Below, in pieces: positions 30,391 through 40,614 of a stretch of 64,000 nt of DNA. Under the pieces are notes generated by a model, which made no database searches, had not been told where the DNA came from, and saw nothing but the letters and a program-made list of their open reading frames with translations. A program made the translations under genes and the position numbers. This DNA is from an uncultured Gemmatimonadales bacterium. Lineage in GTDB: Bacteria > Gemmatimonadota > Gemmatimonadetes > Gemmatimonadales > GWC2-71-9. Every line of letters starts with the position of its first letter. Within the stretch, counting starts at the first letter, position 1. The stretch is taken from the NCBI GenBank assembly GCA_963798915.1, contig CAWCVB010000002.1:1-64000 (forward strand), given 5' to 3'.

Positions 30391-30912
30391 ATGAGCACGA
30401 TGCCATTTGGCACCGAGCGCCTTGTCGGCGAGCCGCTCGAGCGCGGTCACTTTGACGAAATCTGCCGCATGCATAGCGACCCCGTCGTCATGGCCACGCT
30501 CGGCGGGATGCGGGACGAGGCCGGCTCGCGCGCATACCTCAAGTTCAACCTGGCCCACTGGCGCCGCTTCGGCTTCGGCATCTGGATCCTGCGGGACCGT
30601 GCCGAGGGCCGCCTGGCTGGAAGGGCGGTGCTCCGGCACCTTGACGTGGATGGGGTGGACGAGGTCGAACTGGGCTATGGCTTTTACACCGAGTGGTGGG
30701 GAAGGGGGCTCGCAACCGAGGTGGCACGCGAGCTGGTGCGGGTGGGCTTCGAGGAGCTGTCATTGCCCACGCTGGTTGCCATTACCCAGCCGTCCAACCT
30801 TGCCTCCCAGCGGGTGCTCCAGAAGGCGGGGCTCACTCACGAGCGGGAAACCATGCATGGAGTTACGCCGGTCTCGCTCTTCCGGATCCGGGCACACTCG
30901 TTAAATAGCTGA
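30391..30912 (+). CDS. GNAT (RimJ/RimL-like) acetyltransferase
   Basis: ELGY...WGRGLATE...N.ASQRVLQK.G. Confidence 0.9.
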   Translation: MSTMPFGTERLVGEPLERGHFDEICRMHSDPVVMATLGGMRDEAGSRAYLKFNLAHWRRFGFGIWILRDRAEGRLAGRAVLRHLDVDGVDEVELGYGFYTEWWGRGLATEVARELVRVGFEELSLPTLVAITQPSNLASQRVLQKAGLTHERETMHGVTPVSLFRIRAHSLNS

Positions 30913-30963
30913 AGCTGCTTCAACGGAGGGCTTCATGATTCAGCTGACTGACGGGGGAGACAC

Positions 30964-31290
30964 ATGATGAACAAGACTGACGTGACCGTCGTCATTCGCT
31001 ATGAGGCCCTGCCAGGCAAGGCCGACGTCGCCCAGGCGGAACTCGCCGACTTGATTCGGACGGTCGTGCGGCAAGAGCCCGAGTGTCGCGGCATCTGGCT
31101 GCACCAGGATACCACGATTCCGGAGAAGCTGCTGCTGGTGGAACATTGGACCAGCCAGGAGGCCTATACCGGGCCGCACATGCAGACGCCGCACCTGACG
31201 GCATTCATCGAGCGCGGCAAGGCATTCCTGGCCGGTCCACCCGAGATCACTTTCTGGCGCGGCGTGGCCGCGGCGACTAACTCTCGCTGA
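30964..31290 (+). CDS. Antibiotic biosynthesis monooxygenase (ABM) family protein
   Basis: A.PGK...EP.C...LVEHW.S...HMQTPH. Confidence 0.85.
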   Translation: MMNKTDVTVVIRYEALPGKADVAQAELADLIRTVVRQEPECRGIWLHQDTTIPEKLLLVEHWTSQEAYTGPHMQTPHLTAFIERGKAFLAGPPEITFWRGVAAATNSR

Positions 31291-31696
31291 TGAGCGTTCC
31301 CCGCTCGACATTATAGAGCCGCCGGTGCACGATCACGCCCATGCGCCGGGCATCCACCACCTGAACCTGGACCACCTTCCGGTCCTCGTTGGGCCGGTAC
31401 AGAATCCAGCTGCCGGCCGGCGCCGAACGTTCGATATTATTGCAGGAGCGCGCTCTGGCCTGATGGCCCGGCGGGGTGCCCTGCACCCAGACCCGGCACA
31501 GTCCCGGTGGTGGCAACTGGCCCGGCGGAATGCCGAGGGTGGCCGCGGTGCTGGCCGAACGCGAAGTCGCACGGGCCGGCGTCCGCCATGGCTCCGGCTC
31601 CGGTGCGGGCTGCCTTGATGTGGTGGTATGGACCGTACTGCAGGCCGTTGCAGCGAGTATTGCAAGTACCGACCCGAGAAGTGATGCTGCCCGCAT
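31277..31696 (-). CDS. Hypothetical lipoprotein
   Basis: ATAC lipobox; IPPGQLPPPGLCRVW motif. Confidence 0.75.
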   Translation of the reverse strand: MRAASLLGSVLAILAATACSTVHTTTSRQPAPEPEPWRTPARATSRSASTAATLGIPPGQLPPPGLCRVWVQGTPPGHQARARSCNNIERSAPAGSWILYRPNEDRKVVQVQVVDARRMGVIVHRRLYNVERGTLISES

Positions 31697-31836
31697 GGTT
31701 CCTCCGAGGAATCCGGGTGTTGAGTGCTTGAGGGGCAGAATCCATGCCCGGGATGGGTCATGGGGTGAGGGTCACGGAGCTTGCCTCGACCCAGACACGA
31801 CCCACGACCCGCGACTCATGACCCACTGGAGTACAG

Positions 31837-32226
31837 ATGCCTGCCGAACGAGGCGCGGGCGCGCGCGCCGCCGATGACGATTTCTTCCGACTGCTCGCCG
31901 CCGGCGACACGGCCGGGCTCGACAACCTCCTGACCGACGATTTCGTTCTCATCGACGTTTTTCGCGGCGCCGAAATTTCGCGAGCCGCGCTGCTGGCACT
32001 GGTGGGGTCGGGCCAGCTCAGCTTCGAGCCGGTGCAGCCGAGGGACGTCACCGTCCGGCTGCACGGCACGGTGGCCATCATTACCGGCCGCACCGACATG
32101 CGCGGATCGTTCGAGGGGGCCGCCTTCGGGACGGCGAGCCGCTACACCCACGTCTATGTCCATCGGGATGGCGGCTGGAGGATGGCAGCGGCGCAGGGCA
32201 CCGTAATCGCGGACGAAGCCGAATGA
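31837..32226 (+). CDS. NTF2-like / DUF4440 protein
   Basis: L..LLTDDF...VR.HG.VA...RYTHVY...WR. Confidence 0.8.
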   Translation: MPAERGAGARAADDDFFRLLAAGDTAGLDNLLTDDFVLIDVFRGAEISRAALLALVGSGQLSFEPVQPRDVTVRLHGTVAIITGRTDMRGSFEGAAFGTASRYTHVYVHRDGGWRMAAAQGTVIADEAE

Positions 32227-34462
32227 TTGCTGGCATGCTGCTGGCCGCGCTGGTCCCGTTGACGCAACCGGCGATGCCGGACACGTCGGAGCTGCAGGCA
32301 GCGCGGGCACTTCGTTTCCCGGGTCGTCCCGGACGCTGCCGATCAGTTCACGCTTGGAGCTGCTCCCCAGCGCCGACCGTCTCGACGTCTTCGAGGTACG
32401 CAGCGTCGGTGACAAAGTCCAGCTCCGTGGCTCCAGCGGCGTGGCACTCGCCTCGGCGCTCAACTGGTACCTGGAACACGCGGCCGGGGTGAACGTCGCC
32501 AATCCGCTGCAACCCATTCACCTGGGCAGGCCCATCCCGGCGGTCGCCGAGCCGGTGCGCATTACTACGCCATACCGATTCCGGTACTTCTTCAACTACT
32601 GCACCTTTTCCTACAGCATGGCGTGGTGGGACTGGTCGCAATGGGAAAAGATGATCGACTGGATGGCGCTCAAGGGCGTCAACCTTCCACTCGCCGTCAC
32701 CGGGCAGGAAGCCACCTGGCAGCTGGTGCTGCGCGACCTGGGCTTCAGCGATGAGCAGATTGGCCGGTTCCTGGTCGGGCCCGCCTATTTGCCCTGGGGA
32801 TGGATGGGCAATATCGATGGCCTGGGCGGTCCGCTGCCACAGCACTGGATCGATTCCCATGTCGAACTCGAGCGCCAGATCCTTGCTCGCGAGCGCGCGC
32901 TCGGCATGACGCCCGTGCTGCAGGGCTTCACCGGCCACGTGCCGCAGTCCATCACCGAGGTGATTCCCTCGGCACGAATCCACCAGACCGGCGACTGGTC
33001 CGCCGGATTTACCGGCACCTGGTTCCTCGACCCGCTCGACACCCTGTTCCAGAAGATCGGGCGCGATTTCATGGGCCGGCAGCAGGAGCTGTACGGCACC
33101 GATCATTTCTACGCGGCCGACCCGTTCAACGAGATCAATCCACCCACCAACGATTCCACCTTCCTCGCCGGGATGGGACACGCCATCTACGAGCCGATGC
33201 GCGCCGCCGACCCTAAGGCGGTGTGGGTGCTGCAGGGCTGGTTCCTCTATTATCAGGCCAATTTCTGGAAGGAGACCGAAGCGCGCGCGCTCCTGGGCGC
33301 CGTCCCCGACGATCGCATGCTGGTGCTCGATCTGTATGGCGACCGCCATCCAGTATGGTCCGAGCGCGATGCGTTCTATGGCAAGCCGTGGGTCTGGAAC
33401 GTTCTCTACAACTTTGGCGGCCAGGTGAGCCTGAGTGGAGACCTCCAGAGCATGGCGGCCAACCTGCAGGCCGCGCTGGCGAGCCCGGAGCATGGCCGCA
33501 TGGCCGGGCTGGGGATGACCATGGAAGGGTTGGGCTACAACGCGGTGGTGCCGGATTTCGTTCTCGACATGGCATGGAAGGACAGCGTGCCCGCGGTGCG
33601 GGACTGGGTGAAGGAGTATGTGGTGCGTCGTTACGGCCAGGCCGATTCCTCCGCCTGGGAAGCATGGAAGATCCTGCTGGCCACAGCGTACCGCTCCGCG
33701 CCGCAGACCGGAACCTTCCTGGCTGAACGGCCCGGCTTCTATCAGAAGGGTGTGGCATACCGGACCTCACCGCTTGCGCCATACAACACGGCGGAGCTGG
33801 AGCGCGCGCTCACCTTGCTGCTCGAGGCAGAACCCCGCCTTGGCCGCAGCGATGCGTACCAGTACGACGTCGTGAACCTGACCCGCCAGCTGCTGGGGTC
33901 GCTGGGCCTGCCGATGGTGAACGCGGTGGAGACGGCCTACCGGCAGAAGAACCGGCCCGCAGTGTTACGCGCGGAGCGCCAGGTGGTTGGATTGCTGCAG
34001 GACCTGGATGCGCTGGTCGGCACCAGGAAGGAATTTCTCCTGGGGCCCTGGATCGAGGATGCCCGGCGGTGGGGAACCAGCGACGCAGAGCGGGCGCTTT
34101 ATGAATGGAACGCCCGGAATATCATCACCCTCTGGGGTACCAAGTGCACCGAGGGGCAGAACGACGACCTCAATCTCTACGCCTACAAGCAATGGCAGGG
34201 GATGTTCTCGGGCTACTTCCTTCCGCGCTGGCAGGAATTCTTTCGGCGGCTGAACCGCTCGCTGCAGCAGGGCGCCGCCTTTGACCGCGCACCCTTTGCG
34301 GCCGACATGTGCGCATGGGAACAGGCGTGGTCCGAGCGAAGGGACAGGTATCCAACCGAACCGCGGGGTGACGCGCTGTCCATCTCGCGCCGGCTCTTTG
34401 CCAAGTATTTCACGACGACCCGCCCTGCACCCTCCACGGAGGCCCGTTCCCATGGCGCTTGA
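32223..34462 (+). CDS. Alpha-N-acetylglucosaminidase (GH89), N-terminal frameshift near 32310-32340
   Basis: YFFNYCTFSYS, IDWMALKGVN, WGWMGN, DPFNE, HNFGG-like YNFGG, TMEG motifs. Confidence 0.92.
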
Positions 34463-34640
34463 AATGCGAACTGAATGCGAGCGCTGCCATGCGCGCCTGG
34501 CCGGCGACGACACCGCCTTCATCTGCAGCTACGAATGCACCTTCTGCGCTGACTGCGCCGATGAAATGAAGGAAGTCTGCCCCAACTGCGGTGGTGAGCT
34601 GGTGCTCCGCCCCATCCGCCAGGGCAGCCCTCCGGCCTAG
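34452..34640 (+). CDS. DUF1272 protein
   Basis: LEMR..CERC...ICSYECTFC..C...CPNCGGELV.RP. Confidence 0.9.
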   Translation: MALEMRTECERCHARLAGDDTAFICSYECTFCADCADEMKEVCPNCGGELVLRPIRQGSPPA

Positions 34641-34649
34641 TGGGCGGCC

Positions 34650-35384
34650 ATGGCATCGCGCCCGCTCCTGGCTGCCCGCTGGTGTGACCTCGCCATGGTC
34701 ACCTTCGACGTGACGCCGGACATTCTGAAACCGTGGATCCCACCGCATGTGGAGCTGGACCAGTATCAGGGTCGCACACTGGTCAGCCTGATCGGCTTCC
34801 GGTTCCTCGATGCCAGCGTGCTTGGGATCCCCATTCCGTTGCACCGCGATTTTGTCGAGGTCAATCTCCGCTTCTATACCAGGCGGATGGCGCCGGAAGG
34901 CTGGCGGCATGGCGTGACGTTCATCCGGGAGATGGTACCGGTGCCGGCGGTCGCACTTGCGGCGCGAGCGCTCTACAACGAGCCCTACCGGGCCCTCCCC
35001 ATGCGGTCGCGAAACGAGAGCTCCCTGGCGACAGCCGGCCGGGCCGGGTCGGTGCGCTACGAGTGGCGGTCCAGTGGTCAGTGGCAGCAACTCGAAGTCA
35101 CCACGCAAGGTGCCTCCCGGGAGCTGGCCTCCGGCTCCGAAGAGGAGTTCATCGCGGTTCGACACTGGGGGCATGGCACCCATCGCGATGGATCCGCCAT
35201 CGAGTATCACGTACGCCATCCGCGCTGGCGGTATTGGAAGGCACGAAGCCATGTACTCAATTGGGACGTGGCGGCGCTCTTCGGCCCGCGGTTTGTGGCG
35301 CCAATGGGCAGGGCACCGTCCTCGGTCTTCGTGGCGGACGGGTCAGCGGTGGCGGTGTCCATGTTCCGGCGCCTCGGAAGATGA
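34650..35384 (+). CDS. YqjF/DUF2071 family protein
   Basis: L.ARW..LAM, F.EVNLRFY, EY.V.HPRW. Confidence 0.85.
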   Translation: MASRPLLAARWCDLAMVTFDVTPDILKPWIPPHVELDQYQGRTLVSLIGFRFLDASVLGIPIPLHRDFVEVNLRFYTRRMAPEGWRHGVTFIREMVPVPAVALAARALYNEPYRALPMRSRNESSLATAGRAGSVRYEWRSSGQWQQLEVTTQGASRELASGSEEEFIAVRHWGHGTHRDGSAIEYHVRHPRWRYWKARSHVLNWDVAALFGPRFVAPMGRAPSSVFVADGSAVAVSMFRRLGR

Positions 35385-35874
35385 GTCGAGGGTCGCGGGT
35401 CGACCCGCAAGACGCCACAGCATGCGCACTGCGCGCACGAATGGGCTATCTCGACATCTCCCTGACGTGCTCCCATACCTTAGGGTGATGGTGCTGACAG
35501 CAGGTACCGGGCTTGTGGCACCCGGCATGGCAAACGCGCAGATCATCCGGCGGCCGGAGGCGCACGACTCACAATACCGCTGGCGCATGGCTGGCCTGGC
35601 GTGCCATGCAGCTTGGCATCTGGCCTTCGCGTCCCACCATCGCAGGCGGCAGCCTCGGCCTGGCAACATCACCTCAGGTCATTCTGGGCCGCTCTGGAGG
35701 CGAATGGCAGGTGCGCACGGTATACTACCCCGCACAAGCAACCTTCTGAGGCGGGACCGCTGCCGTGTGCCGACTGGCATTCTACAATGCGTGTGCGATC
35801 TTCCATGAGAGGCCGCACCAGCGACGCCGCGGACAACCGTACCGGCAGCCCTGAACTGCAGCAAAGGCATCATC

Positions 35875-36438
35875 ATGTCCGATATCGCCAGCACCTTCCT
35901 TGCCGACATGCGAGTCCGCCTGGAGAACTTGAGGGACACAGCGGAGCGCGCCATTGCCCAATCCAGCGAGGCGAGCTTCACGGCCGCGCCCGACGCCGAG
36001 AGCAACAGCATTGCCATCACGGTCAAGCATGTGGCTGGCAACCTGCGCTCCCGCTTCAGCGACTTTCTCGTCAGTGACGGAGAAAAGCCGGATCGCAATC
36101 GGGACAGCGAATTCATCCTGATGCCCCGCGACAGCCGGGAATCACTCATGGAGCGCTGGTCGTCATCCTGGGACCTGATGCTTGGGGCGCTCGACGCACT
36201 GAAGCCGGAGGATCTCGCCCGGACCCTGACCATCCGCGGCGAACCCCACACGGTGATCGGGGCACTGAACCGCAACCTGGCCCATCTGGCGTATCATGTC
36301 GGACAGATCACCCAGCTGGCCAAGCACTATGCGGGGCCGGCGTGGCGCACCCTGAGTGTCCCGCGCGGCGGGTCGGACGCATACAATGCGGCGCAGGTCG
36401 CGCGGCAGGACACGGTTCCTTCAGGAGACACGGCGTGA
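35875..36438 (+). CDS. DUF1572 / DinB-like protein
   Basis: NSIA...KHVAGNLRSRFSDFL..DGEKPDRNRDSEF; H.AYHVGQI. Confidence 0.9.
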   Translation: MSDIASTFLADMRVRLENLRDTAERAIAQSSEASFTAAPDAESNSIAITVKHVAGNLRSRFSDFLVSDGEKPDRNRDSEFILMPRDSRESLMERWSSSWDLMLGALDALKPEDLARTLTIRGEPHTVIGALNRNLAHLAYHVGQITQLAKHYAGPAWRTLSVPRGGSDAYNAAQVARQDTVPSGDTA

Positions 36439-36827
36439 ACTCACATGCGCGCGGCGAGTTTGACGTGAAGGTCATTGCCCAGTCGCCGGACGATCCGGCG
36501 GTCGGGATCGGGCGGATGCTCCTTGACAAGCGATTTCATGGCGACCTCGATGGCACCAGCAAGGGCCAGATGCTGGCGGTGCGCGGCGCCGTGGAAACAT
36601 CGGCCGGCTATGTGGCGATGGAGCAGGTGACCGGCGTGCTGCTCGGGCGCAAGGGAACGTTTGCGCTGCAGCACAGCGGCACCATGAACCGCGGCGAGCA
36701 GGAACTGCTGATTTCCGTGGTCCCGGATTCGGGGACGGCAGAACTCGTGGGCCTCATGGGCACCATGAATATCGTGATCGAGAACGGCAAGCACTCGTAT
36801 GACTTCGAATTCTCGATAGGGGACTGA
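36435..36827 (+). CDS. DUF3224 protein
   Basis: K.FHGDLDG.S.G.ML...SAGYVAME...VVPDSGT.EL.GL. Confidence 0.9.
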   Translation: MNSHARGEFDVKVIAQSPDDPAVGIGRMLLDKRFHGDLDGTSKGQMLAVRGAVETSAGYVAMEQVTGVLLGRKGTFALQHSGTMNRGEQELLISVVPDSGTAELVGLMGTMNIVIENGKHSYDFEFSIGD

Positions 36828-36850
36828 GCCGGGACCGGACCGAGCAAGCC

Positions 36851-37414
36851 ATGGGCGCCAAGACCCGACATCCAGCCAGCAGCCGTCAGGTGGCCTTTCT
36901 CCGGGCCATCAACGTCGGCGGGCACGTGGTGAGGATGGAACGGCTGCGGGAGCTGTTCGCCGAGCTGGGCCTGGCCAACGTGGAGACGTTCATTGCCAGT
37001 GGCAATGTCATCTTCGACGCGGTTGAGCAGGATGCGTCTGCGCTGGAGCGTCGTATCGCCCAGCATCTCGAGCCTCGGCTCGGCTACCCGGTCGCCACCT
37101 TCATCCGCTCCATTCCCCAGCTGGCGGCCGTGGTGCGCCGCCCTGCCTTTGCGGAAGCTGAAGCCGATGCCCACGGGCTGTACATTGCCTTCCTGGGCCA
37201 GCAACCGGGCAGCGCCGAGCAGGCGGCGCTGATGGCCTTGCGGAACGAGACCGACGATTTTGAGGTCCATGACCGGGAAGTCCACTGGCTCCGCCGCACC
37301 CGCGACGGCAACTCAACCTTCTCGGGCGCGCAGCTGGAGCGGTGCCTCGCCCTGCCGGCCACGGTCCGGAACATCACCTCGATCCGTCGGCTTCTCGAGA
37401 AGCATGGGGGCTGA
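36851..37414 (+). CDS. DUF1697 protein
   Basis: AFLRAINVGG...V.TFIASGNVIF...TVRN. Confidence 0.9.
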   Translation: MGAKTRHPASSRQVAFLRAINVGGHVVRMERLRELFAELGLANVETFIASGNVIFDAVEQDASALERRIAQHLEPRLGYPVATFIRSIPQLAAVVRRPAFAEAEADAHGLYIAFLGQQPGSAEQAALMALRNETDDFEVHDREVHWLRRTRDGNSTFSGAQLERCLALPATVRNITSIRRLLEKHGG

Positions 37415-37460
37415 GCGCACGCTCACAGCTTACAGCTCACAGCACCGACCGGGAGCATCC

Positions 37461-37673
37461 ATGAAGACCGTCTTGTCCCTGGGCTTGACGTTCCTCTTCG
37501 TCGCGGGTTGTCACGACTCCGGCGACACCGCCCGTACCAAGCCCACCGAACGCCAGGTGGACAGCGCCATCGGGAACTCCAACCTTCCCGGCGCCCAGGG
37601 TGTGTCAGGGGCCATGCGTGTGGCAGATTCCGCAGCGGCAAGAAATGCCAGGCTGGATTCGGTGGGGAGCTGA
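37461..37673 (+). CDS. Small lipoprotein
   Basis: MKT signal, VAGC lipobox, GGGAG SD. Confidence 0.7.
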   Translation: MKTVLSLGLTFLFVAGCHDSGDTARTKPTERQVDSAIGNSNLPGAQGVSGAMRVADSAAARNARLDSVGS

Positions 37674-37741
37674 GCGCTGTGCGCTGTGCGCTGTGCGAAG
37701 CTCCCGCCTCAGCTCTCAGCTCTTAGCTCTCAGCTTTTAAC

Positions 37742-39220
37742 TCACTCGATCGCCCTTCCCCTCTCGAAGTCATACAGCGTCAGCCGCCGCAGCTGGTAGT
37801 GCGCCAGCCAGTGCTGCCGCAGCGCCTGCAGGTATTGCACGATGGCCTGGTCCTTCTCCGCCTGGGCGATGTACAGGTTGTCGATCGCGATGCGGCCGAT
37901 GACGTAGCGGTTGTAGGCTACCTCGAACCGCTTCGCCGCCACGGTGTCGGCCTTGGCGCTGAGCGCCAGCGACCGCCGGGTCTGCTCCACCTGCAGCGCC
38001 GCAAAGCGCGCATCCATGGCGATCTGGTCCAGGGTGGCCTCGCGTGAGTCCTCCGCCTGCTGCAGTTGCGCCTGGGCGGCGGCAATACGGTTGTGGCGCG
38101 CGCCCCATTGGATCAATGGAATTTCCACCGACACGTTGACATTCCGCGCCTCGAGCAGGTTCTGGTAGGCCTCGTTGAATTCGGGCGCGGTCGCGTTGTA
38201 CCCGATGCTCGCCTGCACCGTCGCGCCGAACCCGTTGTCCAGCTTGGCCTGGGTCACCTGCCGACGGGCCACGATCTCCCGCAACTGGGCGTTGGTGGCG
38301 CTGGAAACGTTGTGGAGCGCCTGCGCGGCCGCGATCGCGGTATCCGCTGCGTATGCCGGGGCTTCACCGGGCACCTCGAGCGCGAGCGGAGCATCCGGTG
38401 CCAGGTTCAGAGCCAGTCGCAGCGCGGCCTCGGCCCGCTCGTGGTCCAGACGTGCGCCATCCAGTGAGGTGCGGGAGCGCAGCAGCGCCAGCTCGCTCTG
38501 CAGCAAGTCGTTCTCGCCGATCTTGCCAACTTCGTAACGGCCCTTGTTCAGGGTATACAGCGTATCGTTGACGGCCACGTTGGCCTGGGCGTTGGCCAGC
38601 CCCACCTGCGCGGTGTACAGGTCAAAGTACAGGTTGGTTACCTGGAGCGAGATATCTTCGCGCGCCTCGAGGTACTGGCGCTCCGCCAGGTCGGAGCGGA
38701 CCGGCTGCTCCCGCCGGTCCAATGAAAAAGTATTGGGCCGAAACAGGTCCTGCCGGATGCCGAGCGAGATGGGTGTCGAGGACCAGCTGCGCAGCGACTG
38801 GTCGCCACTGAGTTGAAGCCGCTGCAGCGCGCTGCTGACGAAGATGCTGCCGCCGGTGGGCAGTCGCTGGGTGAGCGTCGCCCCCAGCTGCGACTCGGTC
38901 TGGTCCTGGGCCCGGAACAGGGTGGATCCGTCGGGCTGCAGCACCGGCACGATCGCGTGGTTGTATCTCGGCAAGGTGCCGGTCAGCGACAGCTGCGGCA
39001 TGTACTGCGCCCAGAAAGCGTCGCTGGTGTAGCGGGCGGCTTCCAGTGTGGCGCGCGCACCCCGCGCCGTATGACCCTGCTCCTGCGCAGTCGCGATCGC
39101 CTGCTGCAGCGACATGGGCGCCTGCGCGGACACGCGCGCCGCAGGAACAGCCAGGCCGCACGCCAGCAGCAGGACAGGTGCAATGGACCTCAAGGCAGCG
39201 CTCACTCGTACCGGAGACAT
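37742..39220 (-). CDS. TolC-family outer membrane factor
   Basis: Signal peptide, two OEP repeats, last gene of an efflux operon. Confidence 0.88.
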   Translation of the reverse strand: MSPVRVSAALRSIAPVLLLACGLAVPAARVSAQAPMSLQQAIATAQEQGHTARGARATLEAARYTSDAFWAQYMPQLSLTGTLPRYNHAIVPVLQPDGSTLFRAQDQTESQLGATLTQRLPTGGSIFVSSALQRLQLSGDQSLRSWSSTPISLGIRQDLFRPNTFSLDRREQPVRSDLAERQYLEAREDISLQVTNLYFDLYTAQVGLANAQANVAVNDTLYTLNKGRYEVGKIGENDLLQSELALLRSRTSLDGARLDHERAEAALRLALNLAPDAPLALEVPGEAPAYAADTAIAAAQALHNVSSATNAQLREIVARRQVTQAKLDNGFGATVQASIGYNATAPEFNEAYQNLLEARNVNVSVEIPLIQWGARHNRIAAAQAQLQQAEDSREATLDQIAMDARFAALQVEQTRRSLALSAKADTVAAKRFEVAYNRYVIGRIAIDNLYIAQAEKDQAIVQYLQALRQHWLAHYQLRRLTLYDFERGRAIE

Positions 39221-40614
39221 TCGACCGGATCCTGGCGCGCCGCCCGATACGCGGGCACGATGCCAAAGCCGACACCGACCGCGAACGAGACGCCGAACGC
39301 CACGAAGATGGAAATGAAGGACACCAGCGTCCTGATGCCGGCGAAATGCTCAATGCCGGAACTCAGCGCGATGCCGAGAATGATGCCGGCCACCCCGCCG
39401 GCCACGCTGATCATGACCGCCTCGGTGAGGAACTGCATCAGCACGTCCCGCTGGGTGGCGCCCAGCGCCCGGCGGACACCGATCTCCCGGATCCGCTCCA
39501 GCACCGAGGCCAGCATGATGTTCATGATGCCGATGCCACCGACCAGGAGCGAGATCGAGGCGATGGCGCCGAGGACCACGTTGAAGATTGTCTTGGTGCG
39601 CTGCTGCTGGCGGAGGAGCAGTTCGGGCACTTCGATCTCGAAGTCGATGACGCCATTGTGCCGGCGCGTCAGCATGCGCCGCAGCACGTCGGTGACCGCC
39701 GACATGTGGCCGGCGTCCTCCACCCGCACGATGATCCGGTCGAGCTGGTTGCGGTTGGTGCGCTCCGCGCGCTGCTCATCGCTCTCGGTGTCGGTGTTGT
39801 CGTTGTTGTTGTTGGCCCGGCTGGCGGCGGCCTCGATTTCCTGGCCCGTCACCCGCGCCCGGTCGCGGAATCGCAGCAGCATCGTGCGCGCCGGGATGTA
39901 GACGTCCATGTTGGCATCACGCACGCCCAGCTTGGTCTCGGCCTCGGCGGTGACACGGCGGTCGCTCAGCACACCCACCACCGTGAGCCAGATGTCACCC
40001 ACCTTGATCGGACGCCCGATCGCCTCTTCGGTCGTGAAGAAACGGTTGCGGATGCCATCGCCGATGATGGCCACCGGCGCGCCCAATGCCAGTTGGTCAT
40101 GGGTGAACCAGGCGCCATGCTCCAGGTGGAGATTGGTGAGCCCGAAGTAAGTGGAATCCACGCCCACCGCCTTGGCCGAACGGCGGCGGCCTTCCCGCGT
40201 CACATCGGTGTTGTAGACGATTTCGGCGCTGACGTAGTCCACCAGCGGCAGGTCACGGTCAATCGCCTCCGCGTCGGCGTAGGTGAGGCCGGGAGAGAAC
40301 TTCTTGACCTCTTTCTGCTGGTTGTCATCCTTGACGGGACCCTCGGCCTGCTGCACCAGCGGCGTCACCATCACGTTGTTGGCGCCGAGCAGCACCATCT
40401 GCTGCAGGATTTCCTGCTCGGCGCCCTTGCCGATGGCCAGCATGGTGATGACCGAGGCCACACCGAACAAAATGCCGAGCGAGGTCAGCGCCGCGCGCAG
40501 CCGATTGTGACGGACCCCCTCCAGCGCAGTGGCCGCGCTGAAGCGCAGGTGCGTCAGGAGCAATCCCCAGCGCTGACGCCACCCGGCGTCGGTGCCGCCG
40601 CCCGCGTCCCTCAT
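39202..40614 (-). CDS. MacB-like ABC permease (no ATPase domain)
   Basis: LTSLGILFGVASVI; SLLVGGIGIMNIMLASVLER.REIG.RRALGA. Confidence 0.92.
   Translation of the reverse strand: MRDAGGGTDAGWRQRWGLLLTHLRFSAATALEGVRHNRLRAALTSLGILFGVASVITMLAIGKGAEQEILQQMVLLGANNVMVTPLVQQAEGPVKDDNQQKEVKKFSPGLTYADAEAIDRDLPLVDYVSAEIVYNTDVTREGRRRSAKAVGVDSTYFGLTNLHLEHGAWFTHDQLALGAPVAIIGDGIRNRFFTTEEAIGRPIKVGDIWLTVVGVLSDRRVTAEAETKLGVRDANMDVYIPARTMLLRFRDRARVTGQEIEAAASRANNNNDNTDTESDEQRAERTNRNQLDRIIVRVEDAGHMSAVTDVLRRMLTRRHNGVIDFEIEVPELLLRQQQRTKTIFNVVLGAIASISLLVGGIGIMNIMLASVLERIREIGVRRALGATQRDVLMQFLTEAVMISVAGGVAGIILGIALSSGIEHFAGIRTLVSFISIFVAFGVSFAVGVGFGIVPAYRAARQDPVECLRYE

Noticed and set aside
35421..35808. Possible secreted protein between yqjF-like and DUF1572 genes
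   Set aside because: Signal-like start but no recognisable domain and ambiguous frame
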